Shown here piece after piece: positions 15,702 to 23,925 of a stretch of DNA of 34,107 nt. Each line of letters opens with the position of its first letter. The first letter of the stretch is position 1. The DNA is taken from positions 1 to 34,107 of the forward strand of contig JANNVX010000073.1 of the NCBI GenBank assembly GCA_031414595.1, written 5' to 3'. A program made the translations under genes and the position numbers. Source of the DNA: Deinococcales bacterium. GTDB taxonomy: Bacteria; Deinococcota; Deinococci; Deinococcales; JAAFIG01. The notes under the pieces are model-generated. The model had not been told where the DNA came from and searched no databases. It saw nothing but the letters and a program-made list of their open reading frames with translations.

Positions 15702-16672
15702 ACTTTTTCAGCCACCGCCTTTCCAAGTAAACCGGCTGGCTTAAAAATCAGAATCACAATCAGTAAGCCGAATGCCACAATGTCTTTGTACTCTGTGCCA
15801 ATTTGTTCGTTGGTCATTAAAGGTAGATACGTTCCAGCCAGCGTTTCGAGTAAACCAAGCAGCAAACCACCAACCACCGCTCCCGGAATACTGCCAATTC
15901 CGCCCAGTACGGCGGCAGTAAATGCCTTAAGCCCCGGAATAAAACCCATCACGGGCGATGCCACACCATACTTGAGGGCGTAAAGCACACCCGCCACACC
16001 ACCCAATGCACCACCGATAAAAAAGGTTAAAACAATGATATTAGAAACATTAATCCCCATTAAACTACTGGTGGCTTGATCCTGTGCCACAGCCCGAATA
16101 CCACGCCCAAGATTGGTGTAATTAACCAAATAAACCAATCCTGCTAACATCACCATGACCACCACAAAAACGGTTAGGGTTTTATAGTTAATTTGCACAA
16201 ACCCAAAATCCAGTTGTTGTGAAAAAAATTCAAACGCCCCACCTGACGGAAACGGACGGTTTGGATTGGCTGGATTAAGGATTAGCCGCATGATGTCAAT
16301 CAATAACAAGCTCATACCAATTGCCGAAATAAGCGGCACGAGCTTCGGGGCATTCCGCATTCGCAAAGGACGATACGCCACCCGTTCAATCGTCACTGCC
16401 AAGACCCCAGCCGCAGCCGCCGCCACGACAATAGCAATAAATACTTGAATGAGGGCATGTAAACCAGTGGGTACTAAAATGGCGGTAATTAGCTCTACGC
16501 CAACCACTGCTCCAACCATAAAAATTTCTGAATGGGCGAAATTGATAAACTCGAGAACACCATAAACCATGGTGTAGCCAAGTGCTATTACGGCGTACAT
16601 CAAACCAATTGATAAACCATCTACAATGGTAGGCGGTAACAACCCCCAGAACAACTCTGCTGACATAATCAC
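15698..16672 (-). CDS. livH: Branched-chain amino acid ABC transporter permease
   Basis: YAVIALGYTMVYGVLEFINFAH and GLKAFTAAVLGGIGS. The start may be ATG 16666. Confidence 0.95.
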   Translation of the reverse strand: MIMSAELFWGLLPPTIVDGLSIGLMYAVIALGYTMVYGVLEFINFAHSEIFMVGAVVGVELITAILVPTGLHALIQVFIAIVVAAAAAGVLAVTIERVAYRPLRMRNAPKLVPLISAIGMSLLLIDIMRLILNPANPNRPFPSGGAFEFFSQQLDFGFVQINYKTLTVFVVVMVMLAGLVYLVNYTNLGRGIRAVAQDQATSSLMGINVSNIIVLTFFIGGALGGVAGVLYALKYGVASPVMGFIPGLKAFTAAVLGGIGSIPGAVVGGLLLGLLETLAGTYLPLMTNEQIGTEYKDIVAFGLLIVILIFKPAGLLGKAVAEKV

Positions 16673-16779
16673 CTCTTTTAGTGAGCTACTAGCGGCTAGT
16701 CTTCTAGCTTCTTAATGCTCTTTCTAGGTATTTGATTTTCGTCTATCTAACGACCCATTTTAGGCTCGAGAAACGACAA

Positions 16780-16801
16780 AAGGACGGGTTTCCCCGTCCT
16801 T
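16780..16801 (-). terminator. Hairpin after the liv SBP gene (terminator or stabiliser)
   Basis: AAGGACGGG-TTTC-CCCGTCCTT. Confidence 0.6.
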
Positions 16802-16819
16802 AATTGTGGTTACAGCTTC

Positions 16820-17983
16820 TTACTTCAGTTCTGGGGTTGGTGCAGCCACGCTAACAATTTTGTTGACTTTGTTGTCGTCGTAGTTGTTTTGGGCAGCCAC
16901 AATCACGTATTTTGCAACTGGCAAATCGCCACGGTTGTTAAAGGCAATTGCACCTGTAATGCCCTGCATTTTAACTTGACGGACAGCCGCAGCCACCGCT
17001 TCACGGCTTGGCTTGCCTTTTTTGCCAGCCGCAGCAATTGCACGGATGACCACACGGGCAGCATCGTAACCGTAGGCAGCGTAACCTTCGGCACTGACAT
17101 CAAATTTCTTGTTGTAACGTTGTGCAAAGCCTTTAGCGGCTGGCAAGCTCGAGATTGGCACAGCTGTGGTGGTAAAGTAGACATTCTTCATATCGCCACC
17201 AAGGGCTTGAAGATCAGAGCCGTCCAAGCCGTCGCCACCGACGAATGGTTGGTTCAAACCACGGGCGCGCATCTGCTTTAACAAAGGACCCGCTTGGTCG
17301 TAAATACCAGCGTAGTAGACAACATCAGGATTTTCGGCTTTTGCACGGTTGAGGATGCTGGCAAAGTCACGCTCGGAAGCCTCAATACCAATTGGGGTAG
17401 TGCTTGCACCAAGGGCTTTAGCGCGAGCATCAAATGCCGCAGCCAAACCTTCGCCGTAAGCGGTCTTGTCGTTAATCACGTAGATTTTCTTGGCTTTGAG
17501 GGTTTGAACTACATAGTCTGCCCCGGCTGGACCTTGAACATCGTCACGACCACAAATGCGGCTGGCAACATTAACAGTCGACTTACGGTCTGTGACCAGA
17601 GGGTTGGTGTTGGCTGGGGAAACCATGGCTAAACCAACGCGAGCATAAACTTCGCTCGAAGGAATAGCCACACCCGAGTTCAAGTGACCAACCACACCGA
17701 GAATGTCGGAATCGTTAATCATACGGTTGGCGTTTGCCACACCTTGTTCGGCTTTGGCTTGGTCATCAAACGGAGCGTACTCGAGCTTAAAGCCGAGGGC
17801 GGTGATCAGTTTTCCTTCGTCGTCAATTGCCAAACGTACACCGTTGCTGATAGCAACACCGAGCTTCGATTGACCGCCGCTAAGTGGGGTTTGCGAAGCA
17901 ATTTTAATTACACCTTTGTTCTGAGCTTCCGCACCCATTGCAAGGGCTGCCAAGACTGCTAAACCAACAAAACGTTTCTTCAT
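16820..17983 (-). CDS. livK: Branched-chain amino acid ABC transporter substrate-binding protein (LivJ/LivK)
   Basis: Signal peptide, GVVGHLNSGVAIPSS, RICGRDDVQG, DKTAYGEGLA. AGGAGG RBS. Confidence 0.92.
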   Translation of the reverse strand: MKKRFVGLAVLAALAMGAEAQNKGVIKIASQTPLSGGQSKLGVAISNGVRLAIDDEGKLITALGFKLEYAPFDDQAKAEQGVANANRMINDSDILGVVGHLNSGVAIPSSEVYARVGLAMVSPANTNPLVTDRKSTVNVASRICGRDDVQGPAGADYVVQTLKAKKIYVINDKTAYGEGLAAAFDARAKALGASTTPIGIEASERDFASILNRAKAENPDVVYYAGIYDQAGPLLKQMRARGLNQPFVGGDGLDGSDLQALGGDMKNVYFTTTAVPISSLPAAKGFAQRYNKKFDVSAEGYAAYGYDAARVVIRAIAAAGKKGKPSREAVAAAVRQVKMQGITGAIAFNNRGDLPVAKYVIVAAQNNYDDNKVNKIVSVAAPTPELK

Positions 17984-18302
17984 CCCATCCTCCTATAAAA
18001 ACAAGTCGCCTCGAGTCTCGAGACAAGCGTTTGTTTTTTATTAACCTCGAGGATTCTACGGAAAGCCAAGCCCTATTGTCAATCTTAACCAGCAAATTTT
18101 GTACTTAATTCAGTGCAGGGCAATCTAAAAAACCTATTAAAAAACACAGAGCAGCTTTGTCATACAAAGGCTTAAGCTAGATATTCAACGGTCTTTTAAT
18201 ACTTACGCTAAACTGAAAATTATTCAAATTTTAAGCGGTTCTTAAAGCCTAAACCCGAACATCTGTCCAAAAACGTTGGGTTAAAAACGTTAAAATAGAC
18301 CC

Positions 18303-19082
18303 ATGTCTGAACTTGTGCTGCTGGATATTCAAGACCAAATTGCCATTTTAAGCCTGAATCGCCCAGAGGTACGCCATGCGCTCTCTCCTGGACTGCTACG
18401 GGCATTACAAACACAGTTGGCAGCCCTCGAGACCAACCAGCAAGTTCGAGCCGTGGTGCTGACAGGAACAGCCAATACCTTCTCGAGTGGGGCTGACTTG
18501 GAGAACTTAAAGAATTTACTCGGTGCTTCGGCAGAACTGCAAAAGCAAGACTCGAGTTTAATTGCTCAGACCCTAAAACAGATTTATCAGTTTCCTAAAC
18601 CAATCATTGCCGCCCTTGAAGGCGCAGCCGTGGCTGGAGGGGCTGGACTCGCCACAGCTTGTGATTTAATTGTGGCTGGACAGGGTTGCAAAATTGGCTA
18701 CAGCGAAGTCAAACTTGGTTTTGTGGCAGCCATCGTCAGTGTTTTTTTAATTCGCGCAATTGGCGAAAAACATGCTCGAGAACTGCTTTTAACTGGTAAA
18801 CTCATCTCGGCACTCGAGGCATACCGCATGGGACTGGTCAATGAGGTCGTGCCAACTGGTAGTGCTTTAACTCGAGCCTTAGAAATTGCCCAATTACTCG
18901 CCCAGAACTCCCAAACTGCCCTGAGCAGCAGCAAAGAACTGCTCTCGAGTCTGTACAGCTTTGGTCTCGAGGATGGTTTGCAACATGCTGTCACAGTCAA
19001 TGCCTGGATTCGCGGAACAGATGATTTACAAGAAGGGGTGACGGCTTTTCTCGAGAAGCGCAGCCCAAAATGGAGTGTCTGA
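18303..19082 (+). CDS. Enoyl-CoA hydratase/isomerase (methylglutaconyl-CoA hydratase-like)
   Basis: LNRPEVRHAL, FSSGADL, AVAGGAGLATACD, SEVKLG, EGVTAFLEKRSPKW. Leaderless: TAAAAT, 6 nt, ATG. Confidence 0.92.
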   Translation: MSELVLLDIQDQIAILSLNRPEVRHALSPGLLRALQTQLAALETNQQVRAVVLTGTANTFSSGADLENLKNLLGASAELQKQDSSLIAQTLKQIYQFPKPIIAALEGAAVAGGAGLATACDLIVAGQGCKIGYSEVKLGFVAAIVSVFLIRAIGEKHARELLLTGKLISALEAYRMGLVNEVVPTGSALTRALEIAQLLAQNSQTALSSSKELLSSLYSFGLEDGLQHAVTVNAWIRGTDDLQEGVTAFLEKRSPKWSV

Positions 19083-19169
19083 CCATAACCTGAGTGGGTG
19101 CATCTGACCATCACCTGATTGGGAGTGTCTGACCATCATCACATTGGGAGTGTCTGACCGAAACCTGAC
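19070..19169. repeat. Tandem array, 4 x 25 bp, degenerate
   Basis: Unit is about TGGGAGTGTCTGACCATCACCTGA. The first copy contains the last codons and the stop of the hydratase gene. Confidence 0.85.
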
Positions 19170-19259
19170 AAGGTTTATATCAAATGCTAGAGTAACGGGA
19201 GTTGCTCGAATCTCGAGCCAGTACAAACTCGAGGAGTCTCGAGCCTAAAAGGAGTACAC

Positions 19260-20519
19260 ATGAAAAAAATAGCTATTCTAGGTGCATTTGGTGTGATTGC
19301 CGCCGCAACTTCATGGGCGCAACAAACCCCCGCCGATGTGGTCAAAGCCCAATGTGCCAAAGCAAGTACTGTGGCTGAATTCTGGCATGGTTTCCGTGAT
19401 GCGGTTCAGCAAAATGTGTTGAACGCCTTGGCTGCCGAGTTCAACAAAAGCGCAGGAGAAACTTGTGTGCTGCCAATTCCCCAAGGTGGTTATGGCGATT
19501 TGTCCACCAAAATTAAAGCCGGTTTTGCGGCTGGTAAAGTCCCCGCAATGGCACAGGCTTTTGAAAATAACATTGCCTTGTACCTCGAGGCAGATAAACT
19601 GACCGACCTAAAAACCGTGGGTGTACGAACCCAATACTTGCAAAAACGCTTTATCGAAGCCGCCACTTTTAAGGGCGTGTTGTACGGAATGCCGTTTAAC
19701 AAAAGTATTCAACTGATGTATAGCAACAAAGACTTGTTGAAAAAATACAATGCCAAAGTCCCCGCTACCCTTGCAGAATTCACCCAAACTGTGCGTGATA
19801 TTTCAAGGGCGCAAAATGCCCCTGCCTTTTGGTTTCAACCCACCGCCAGCACCTTCGCCCCAATTTTCTTAACATTAGGTGGGCAATACGAAGAAAACGG
19901 TAAGATTAAACTCAACAGCCCGATAGCGGTTAAAGCCCTACAATGGTTTTTAGACTTGACAGCCGAAAAAGCCGCCCGTCCAATCACCTCTGGTTTTATC
20001 AACAGCCAACTGAACGACACCTTTGGTTTTGCGCTTGATACCAGCGCTGGAATGCCATTCTATAAGAGCGCTGCCAAATTTAACCTTGGGATTGATACAC
20101 TACCCGGAGCAAAACGCGGCGTACCCGGCACAGCCCTCATCCAAGGTACAAACCTGGTTATTTTTAACGACGCAACCAAAGCCCAACAAGCCGTAGCCGG
20201 TAAATTTATGAACTTTGCGGTTCAAGCCCGTAACAGTGCGATTTTTGCCACCCAAACAGGCTATGTACCCTCGAGTGACTTGGCTTCTGAAACCACTGAG
20301 TACAAGAATTTTGTCAAAGCCAACCCCGACTTTAACAATGTGATTAAGCAAGCCCGTTTTGCCAATTATGAACCACGTATTTCTGATTGGGAAGCGATTC
20401 GTTTTAATATCCTCGAGGCTGCTATCAAAGAAGCCGTGGCAGGTAAAATCAGTGCTAAAGACGGACTCGACAAAGCCCAAAAACAAGCCGAGGACTTACT
20501 TTCTGGACGCACCAAGTAA
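19260..20519 (+). CDS. ABC transporter substrate-binding protein (sugar/glycerol-3-phosphate family), orphan
   Basis: Signal peptide, EFWHGF, LYGMPFNKS, YSNKDLLKK, TGYVP. AAGGAG RBS. Confidence 0.88.
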   Translation: MKKIAILGAFGVIAAATSWAQQTPADVVKAQCAKASTVAEFWHGFRDAVQQNVLNALAAEFNKSAGETCVLPIPQGGYGDLSTKIKAGFAAGKVPAMAQAFENNIALYLEADKLTDLKTVGVRTQYLQKRFIEAATFKGVLYGMPFNKSIQLMYSNKDLLKKYNAKVPATLAEFTQTVRDISRAQNAPAFWFQPTASTFAPIFLTLGGQYEENGKIKLNSPIAVKALQWFLDLTAEKAARPITSGFINSQLNDTFGFALDTSAGMPFYKSAAKFNLGIDTLPGAKRGVPGTALIQGTNLVIFNDATKAQQAVAGKFMNFAVQARNSAIFATQTGYVPSSDLASETTEYKNFVKANPDFNNVIKQARFANYEPRISDWEAIRFNILEAAIKEAVAGKISAKDGLDKAQKQAEDLLSGRTK

Positions 20520-20539
20520 GCAGTTTGGTTAAACCGTCA

Positions 20540-20570
20540 CAAAGGCTTTGGACTATTTCCAAAGCCTTTG
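20540..20570 (+). terminator. Intrinsic terminator
   Basis: CAAAGGCTTTGGA-CTATT-TCCAAAGCCTTTG. Confidence 0.75.
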
Positions 20571-20618
20571 TTGCACTGCAGACATCTTTAGACCACAAAT
20601 GGGCTTAGAATAGCCAGC

Positions 20619-21617
20619 ATGTCAACTCTTGAACGCCCAACTGTGCTGATTGATCGTTTTGGGCGAATCATTCGTGATTTACGCATTTCTGTCACACCGC
20701 GTTGCAATTTTCACTGTGCTTACTGCGACCCTTTAACCGATGCCCACCCCGAACCTCGAGGCGGATTAAGTGTCCAGGATGTGGACAATTTTGTTCGTGC
20801 CTCGGCTTTACTGGGTTTAGATGCGGCTCGGTTTACGGGGGGTGAACCGCTTTTACGCAAAGAACTACCACAAATGATGGACAATGCTCGTAACACCCCC
20901 GGTGTCAAAGATATTGCCATGACCACCAACGGCACAATGTTCAGGCGGCGACACAAAGAATTACTCGAGGCTGGCTTAAATCGGGTCAACATTTCGATAG
21001 ACGCGCTCAATCCAAGTATTTTTAGACAAGCCACAGGTGGTGGCGATGTTAAGCAAGTGCTTGATGCCATAGACCTTGCTTTAGAACTAAATCTGCACCC
21101 AGTCAAACTCAACGCTGTCACGATGCGCGGCATTAACGACACCGAACTGCTGGACTTGGCTGCCTTATCACTCGAGCAACCTTTGCATGTGCGGTTTATT
21201 GAATATATGCACCTCAATAATTCGGATTTGGAAAGCTATAACAGTGCTTTTTTGGCTGGAGCAACCGTTAAAGCCGTAATAGAAGAAGTGTACGGGGTGC
21301 TAGAAGTTGTTCCTACCGACCCAAGCAGCCCATCTCGAGTCTATAAAATCCCCAACAGTCAAGGCACACTTGGTTTTATCAACCCGATTTCTGAGCCTTT
21401 TTGTGGAGCTTGCTCGAGAATGCGTTTAACCGCCGACCGCAGAGTTCGTCCGTGTTTACTGACCGACCGAGAACTTGATGCCAATGCCGCTTTTGAAAGC
21501 TCGAACCCCATCGAAGCCTTGATAGATGTGTTACTCGAGGCAGCCCATCAAAAAGATCGCATGGGTGATTTACTACCGCAAATTCGGGAACGCACCATGG
21601 TTGCCATTGGTGGCTAA
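20619..21617 (+). CDS. moaA: GTP 3',8-cyclase (molybdenum cofactor biosynthesis, radical SAM)
   Basis: LRISVT, CNFHCAYC, FTGGEPLLR, FCGACSRMRLT...PCL and C-terminal M..IGG. Leaderless: TAGAAT, 7 nt, ATG. Confidence 0.96.
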   Translation: MSTLERPTVLIDRFGRIIRDLRISVTPRCNFHCAYCDPLTDAHPEPRGGLSVQDVDNFVRASALLGLDAARFTGGEPLLRKELPQMMDNARNTPGVKDIAMTTNGTMFRRRHKELLEAGLNRVNISIDALNPSIFRQATGGGDVKQVLDAIDLALELNLHPVKLNAVTMRGINDTELLDLAALSLEQPLHVRFIEYMHLNNSDLESYNSAFLAGATVKAVIEEVYGVLEVVPTDPSSPSRVYKIPNSQGTLGFINPISEPFCGACSRMRLTADRRVRPCLLTDRELDANAAFESSNPIEALIDVLLEAAHQKDRMGDLLPQIRERTMVAIGG

Positions 21618-21664
21618 ACAAGTCCTGCCATTGGTGGTTAAACAAGTCCTGCCATTGGTGGCTA
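21602..21664. repeat. Tandem array, about 2.6 x 24 bp
   Basis: Unit TGCCATTGGTGG(C/T)TAAACAAGTCC. The first copy carries the moaA 3' end and stop codon. Confidence 0.9.
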
Positions 21665-21695
21665 TGCCAAAGGTTCATTGCGTTTATTTTGCAGA

Positions 21696-22232
21696 TTATA
21701 AAGTCAAAACTACCTCCGTCTCGAGCGCCAAATACATCACGCGGACATCAAAAGCCTCGAGTGGCAGAGAATCTAATAGCAAAGCTGAATGGGTCACACC
21801 ACAAGTAACACAACTTGGGCGCAACTGCGGCAGTAACTGGTCATAAAACCCACCGCCGTAACCCAAGCGCCCACCAGCCTTTGTGAACGCCAAGCCCGGC
21901 ACAAGTGCCACATCCACTAAACTCGGCTCGAGAACAGGTGCAGTTAAAGGTGGCTCGAGAATACCATAGCGATTTGGCACAGTCGCCAGTGCAAAATCAT
22001 GCAAAGTTAAAACACCTGTTCTTTGTACTTGAGTGGTCAAAAAACGAATTTGTGGCAGGAGCAATGGCAAGGCATCCAAGGAAATTTCAGAACCAAAAGC
22101 CTTGTACGCCAAAACCGTGCTTGCTTGCAACTCCTCGAGCCACGCAGCCAGCCCAAGGCATACAGCCTCTGAGACATCGGGCAGCCCAGCGCGTTTGCGT
22201 TTTTGCTCGAGCCGAAGCTGATGTTTGGACAT
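21696..22232 (-). CDS. 5-formyltetrahydrofolate cyclo-ligase
   Basis: K..LR start, YGILEP and 'LVPGLAF...GGRLGYGGGFYD'. Start placed at ATG 22232 (TATCAT 5 nt upstream). Confidence 0.92.
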   Translation of the reverse strand: MSKHQLRLEQKRKRAGLPDVSEAVCLGLAAWLEELQASTVLAYKAFGSEISLDALPLLLPQIRFLTTQVQRTGVLTLHDFALATVPNRYGILEPPLTAPVLEPSLVDVALVPGLAFTKAGGRLGYGGGFYDQLLPQLRPSCVTCGVTHSALLLDSLPLEAFDVRVMYLALETEVVLTL

Positions 22233-22281
22233 GGCAGATGATACAAGTTTAATAGCCAAAGCTGATAGCCTCTAGAGAACC

Positions 22282-22527
22282 CTAAGTGTACAAAATGCCT
22301 TGCTGCACTAAGGAATTACCCTCAAGCGCTTGTCCAATCAGTTCATACAATCTTGTGGCAACATCACTCGACAATACTTGATGGACTTCGCCTGTATGGT
22401 CAATTCGAGTTTTAATTGGCACACCTTGCACTTGCACCATTCGACCTTCCGGACTTTGGTAATCGTAATCTATAACGGCAAGGTTTGGGTTTGGTGCTAT
22501 TTTTTGAGTTTCCATTACACTGTTCAT
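22282..22527 (-). CDS. Small protein, YgiT/MqsA-N-like antitoxin fold lacking the cysteines (tentative)
   Basis: GGAGG RBS. 'YDYQSPEGRMVQVQGVP...TGE...LSSDVATRLYELI' follows the YgiT-type pattern. Confidence 0.55.
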   Translation of the reverse strand: MNSVMETQKIAPNPNLAVIDYDYQSPEGRMVQVQGVPIKTRIDHTGEVHQVLSSDVATRLYELIGQALEGNSLVQQGILYT

Positions 22528-22589
22528 GCTGACCTCCGAATCGTAAGTACAAAACAGGCATCGTTTTGCAAATCGCGGTAGAATACTTC

Positions 22590-22790
22590 ATGGGCAAAAA
22601 CAAGCGCTTACGAAAACAATCAGATGGTTATGCCCGACAAGTAGAACTCCATAAAGCCAAAATCCGTGCCGAACTCGAGAAACCACAGCCAGACCGACGA
22701 CTGATAGAAAAATGGGTCAACGACATTGAACGAAACGAACGCTTACGCACACGCCGTGAAGAGAAATTACCACATAGGAGGAAACCATGA
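22590..22790 (+). CDS. Small basic helical protein, putative TA component
   Basis: MGKNKRLRKQ...HKAKIRAELEKPQPDRRLIEKW. Leaderless: TAGAAT, 5 nt, ATG. Coupled to the next ORF. Confidence 0.75.
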   Translation: MGKNKRLRKQSDGYARQVELHKAKIRAELEKPQPDRRLIEKWVNDIERNERLRTRREEKLPHRRKP

Positions 22791-23047
22791 TTGCTTTTCC
22801 AAAAAAACCAGAATCCGAGGAATTACCAGAGTTACAAGCTCGTATGACCATGCTCCTGCGTGAATTAGCGACTGAATGCCGTGAGTACCTGAATTTGTAT
22901 GCGGCGCTCGAGGCTGCAAAAACACCAGATGAACTCGAGGATGCTGAAATTGGTTTGACGGTTTTTGCTTCGCAAATTGCCAGTACAGTTGAGCAAATCG
23001 AATTAACCGATGTACAAATTACCGATGCCATGCCAGATGAGGCTTGA
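22787..23047 (+). CDS. Small acidic helical protein, putative TA partner
   Basis: AGGAGG RBS, ATGA overlap with the upstream gene, Glu/Asp-rich. Confidence 0.75.
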   Translation: MIAFPKKPESEELPELQARMTMLLRELATECREYLNLYAALEAAKTPDELEDAEIGLTVFASQIASTVEQIELTDVQITDAMPDEA

Positions 23048-23135
23048 GCCAAAGCTGATAGCCTCGAGACGATGAGAATTTTGGTGGGATGGTCTCGAGC
23101 AGTAAAGTTAGAATTTTGCTACGATAAACAGTACG

Positions 23136-23369
23136 ATGCCAACAATTCTTGAAATTCCAGAAAACACCAAACGCCAAGCTGAACGTTACGCCAAAGCCAA
23201 GGGTATCTCGAGTAGTGAATTATTCACACAGGCAATGAATGATTTTCTGGCAAAAGAAAAAAGTATCACTGAACAACTTAATAACGTCTATACCGATTCT
23301 GACTCGAGACTAGACAGCAAATTACACAAAATACAAATGGCATCGTTACCCGCCGAGGATTGGTCTTGA
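23136..23369 (+). CDS. Ribbon-helix-helix antitoxin (ChpI-like)
   Basis: 'AERYAKAKGISSSELF..A...FL...SITEQLNNVY...EDW'. Overlaps the toxin gene. Confidence 0.8.
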   Translation: MPTILEIPENTKRQAERYAKAKGISSSELFTQAMNDFLAKEKSITEQLNNVYTDSDSRLDSKLHKIQMASLPAEDWS

Positions 23370-23704
23370 CTCGAGGTGAAATTTGGTGGGCAGATTTACC
23401 CGAAGCTGTAGCTGCTGAACCAGGTGGCAGACGACCAGTTCTGGTTATTTCCAACACTGATTTTAATAAAAGCCGAATTCAAACCGTGATTGTTGTGATT
23501 TTTACAACCAATCTGACTCGAGCCGACGCACCCGGTAATTTATTTTTAACCAGTCAGGAAACGGGCTTAACAAGAGATGGTGTGGTCAATGTTTCACAGG
23601 TTCTTACGGTGGATAAAGCATTTTTGACCGAGTACGTTTCGACAATGCCTGAAGAGTTGATGGGTTTAGTGGATGACGGCTTGCGATTAGCGCTAAAACT
23701 TTAG
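23360..23704 (+). CDS. mazF: PemK/MazF family endoribonuclease toxin
   Basis: RGEIWWADL, EPGGRRPVLVIS, FNKSRI, TTN, SQVLTVDK. Confidence 0.93.
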   Translation: MVLTRGEIWWADLPEAVAAEPGGRRPVLVISNTDFNKSRIQTVIVVIFTTNLTRADAPGNLFLTSQETGLTRDGVVNVSQVLTVDKAFLTEYVSTMPEELMGLVDDGLRLALKL

Positions 23705-23925
23705 CGCCGCGAGAGGGTGAGAATTTTGGTAGGATGGTCTCGAGCAGGGAAGTTGTGGGCAAAGCCCACCCTACTAAACTCGAGAGAGGGAAAGTGTACG
23801 TGGGCGAAACCCTACAAAACTCGAGAGAATGAAAATTTTGGTATGATAGGTCTCGAGAAGGAAATTGTGGTCTGAGACCAGACCACCCTACTAAACTAAG
23901 ATTATAAACGGAGGTGAGGTTTTTA

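Larger units (their letters stand above)
23073..23897. repeat. Intergenic repeat family with copies at 23073-23102, 23718-23780 and 23830-23897
   Basis: The 30-bp core TGAGAATTTTGGT(G/A)GGATGGTCTCGAGCAG differs by 1 base between copies 1 and 2. The tail CCACCCTACTAAACT is shared by copies 2 and 3. Confidence 0.8.

Noticed and set aside
12511-17962. Numerous 60-170 aa ORFs antisense to liv, yqeK and other genes
   Set aside because: They are shadow ORFs fully overlapping well-supported genes, with no motifs or ribosome-binding sites.
19070-19169. Possible CRISPR array (also considered for 21602-21664 and 23073-23897)
   Set aside because: Units are contiguous or separated by whole genes, with no unique 25-45 nt spacers, and no cas genes are present in the window.
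20571-20618. Moco riboswitch upstream of moaA
   Set aside because: The gene appears leaderless and there is no room or motif for the riboswitch.
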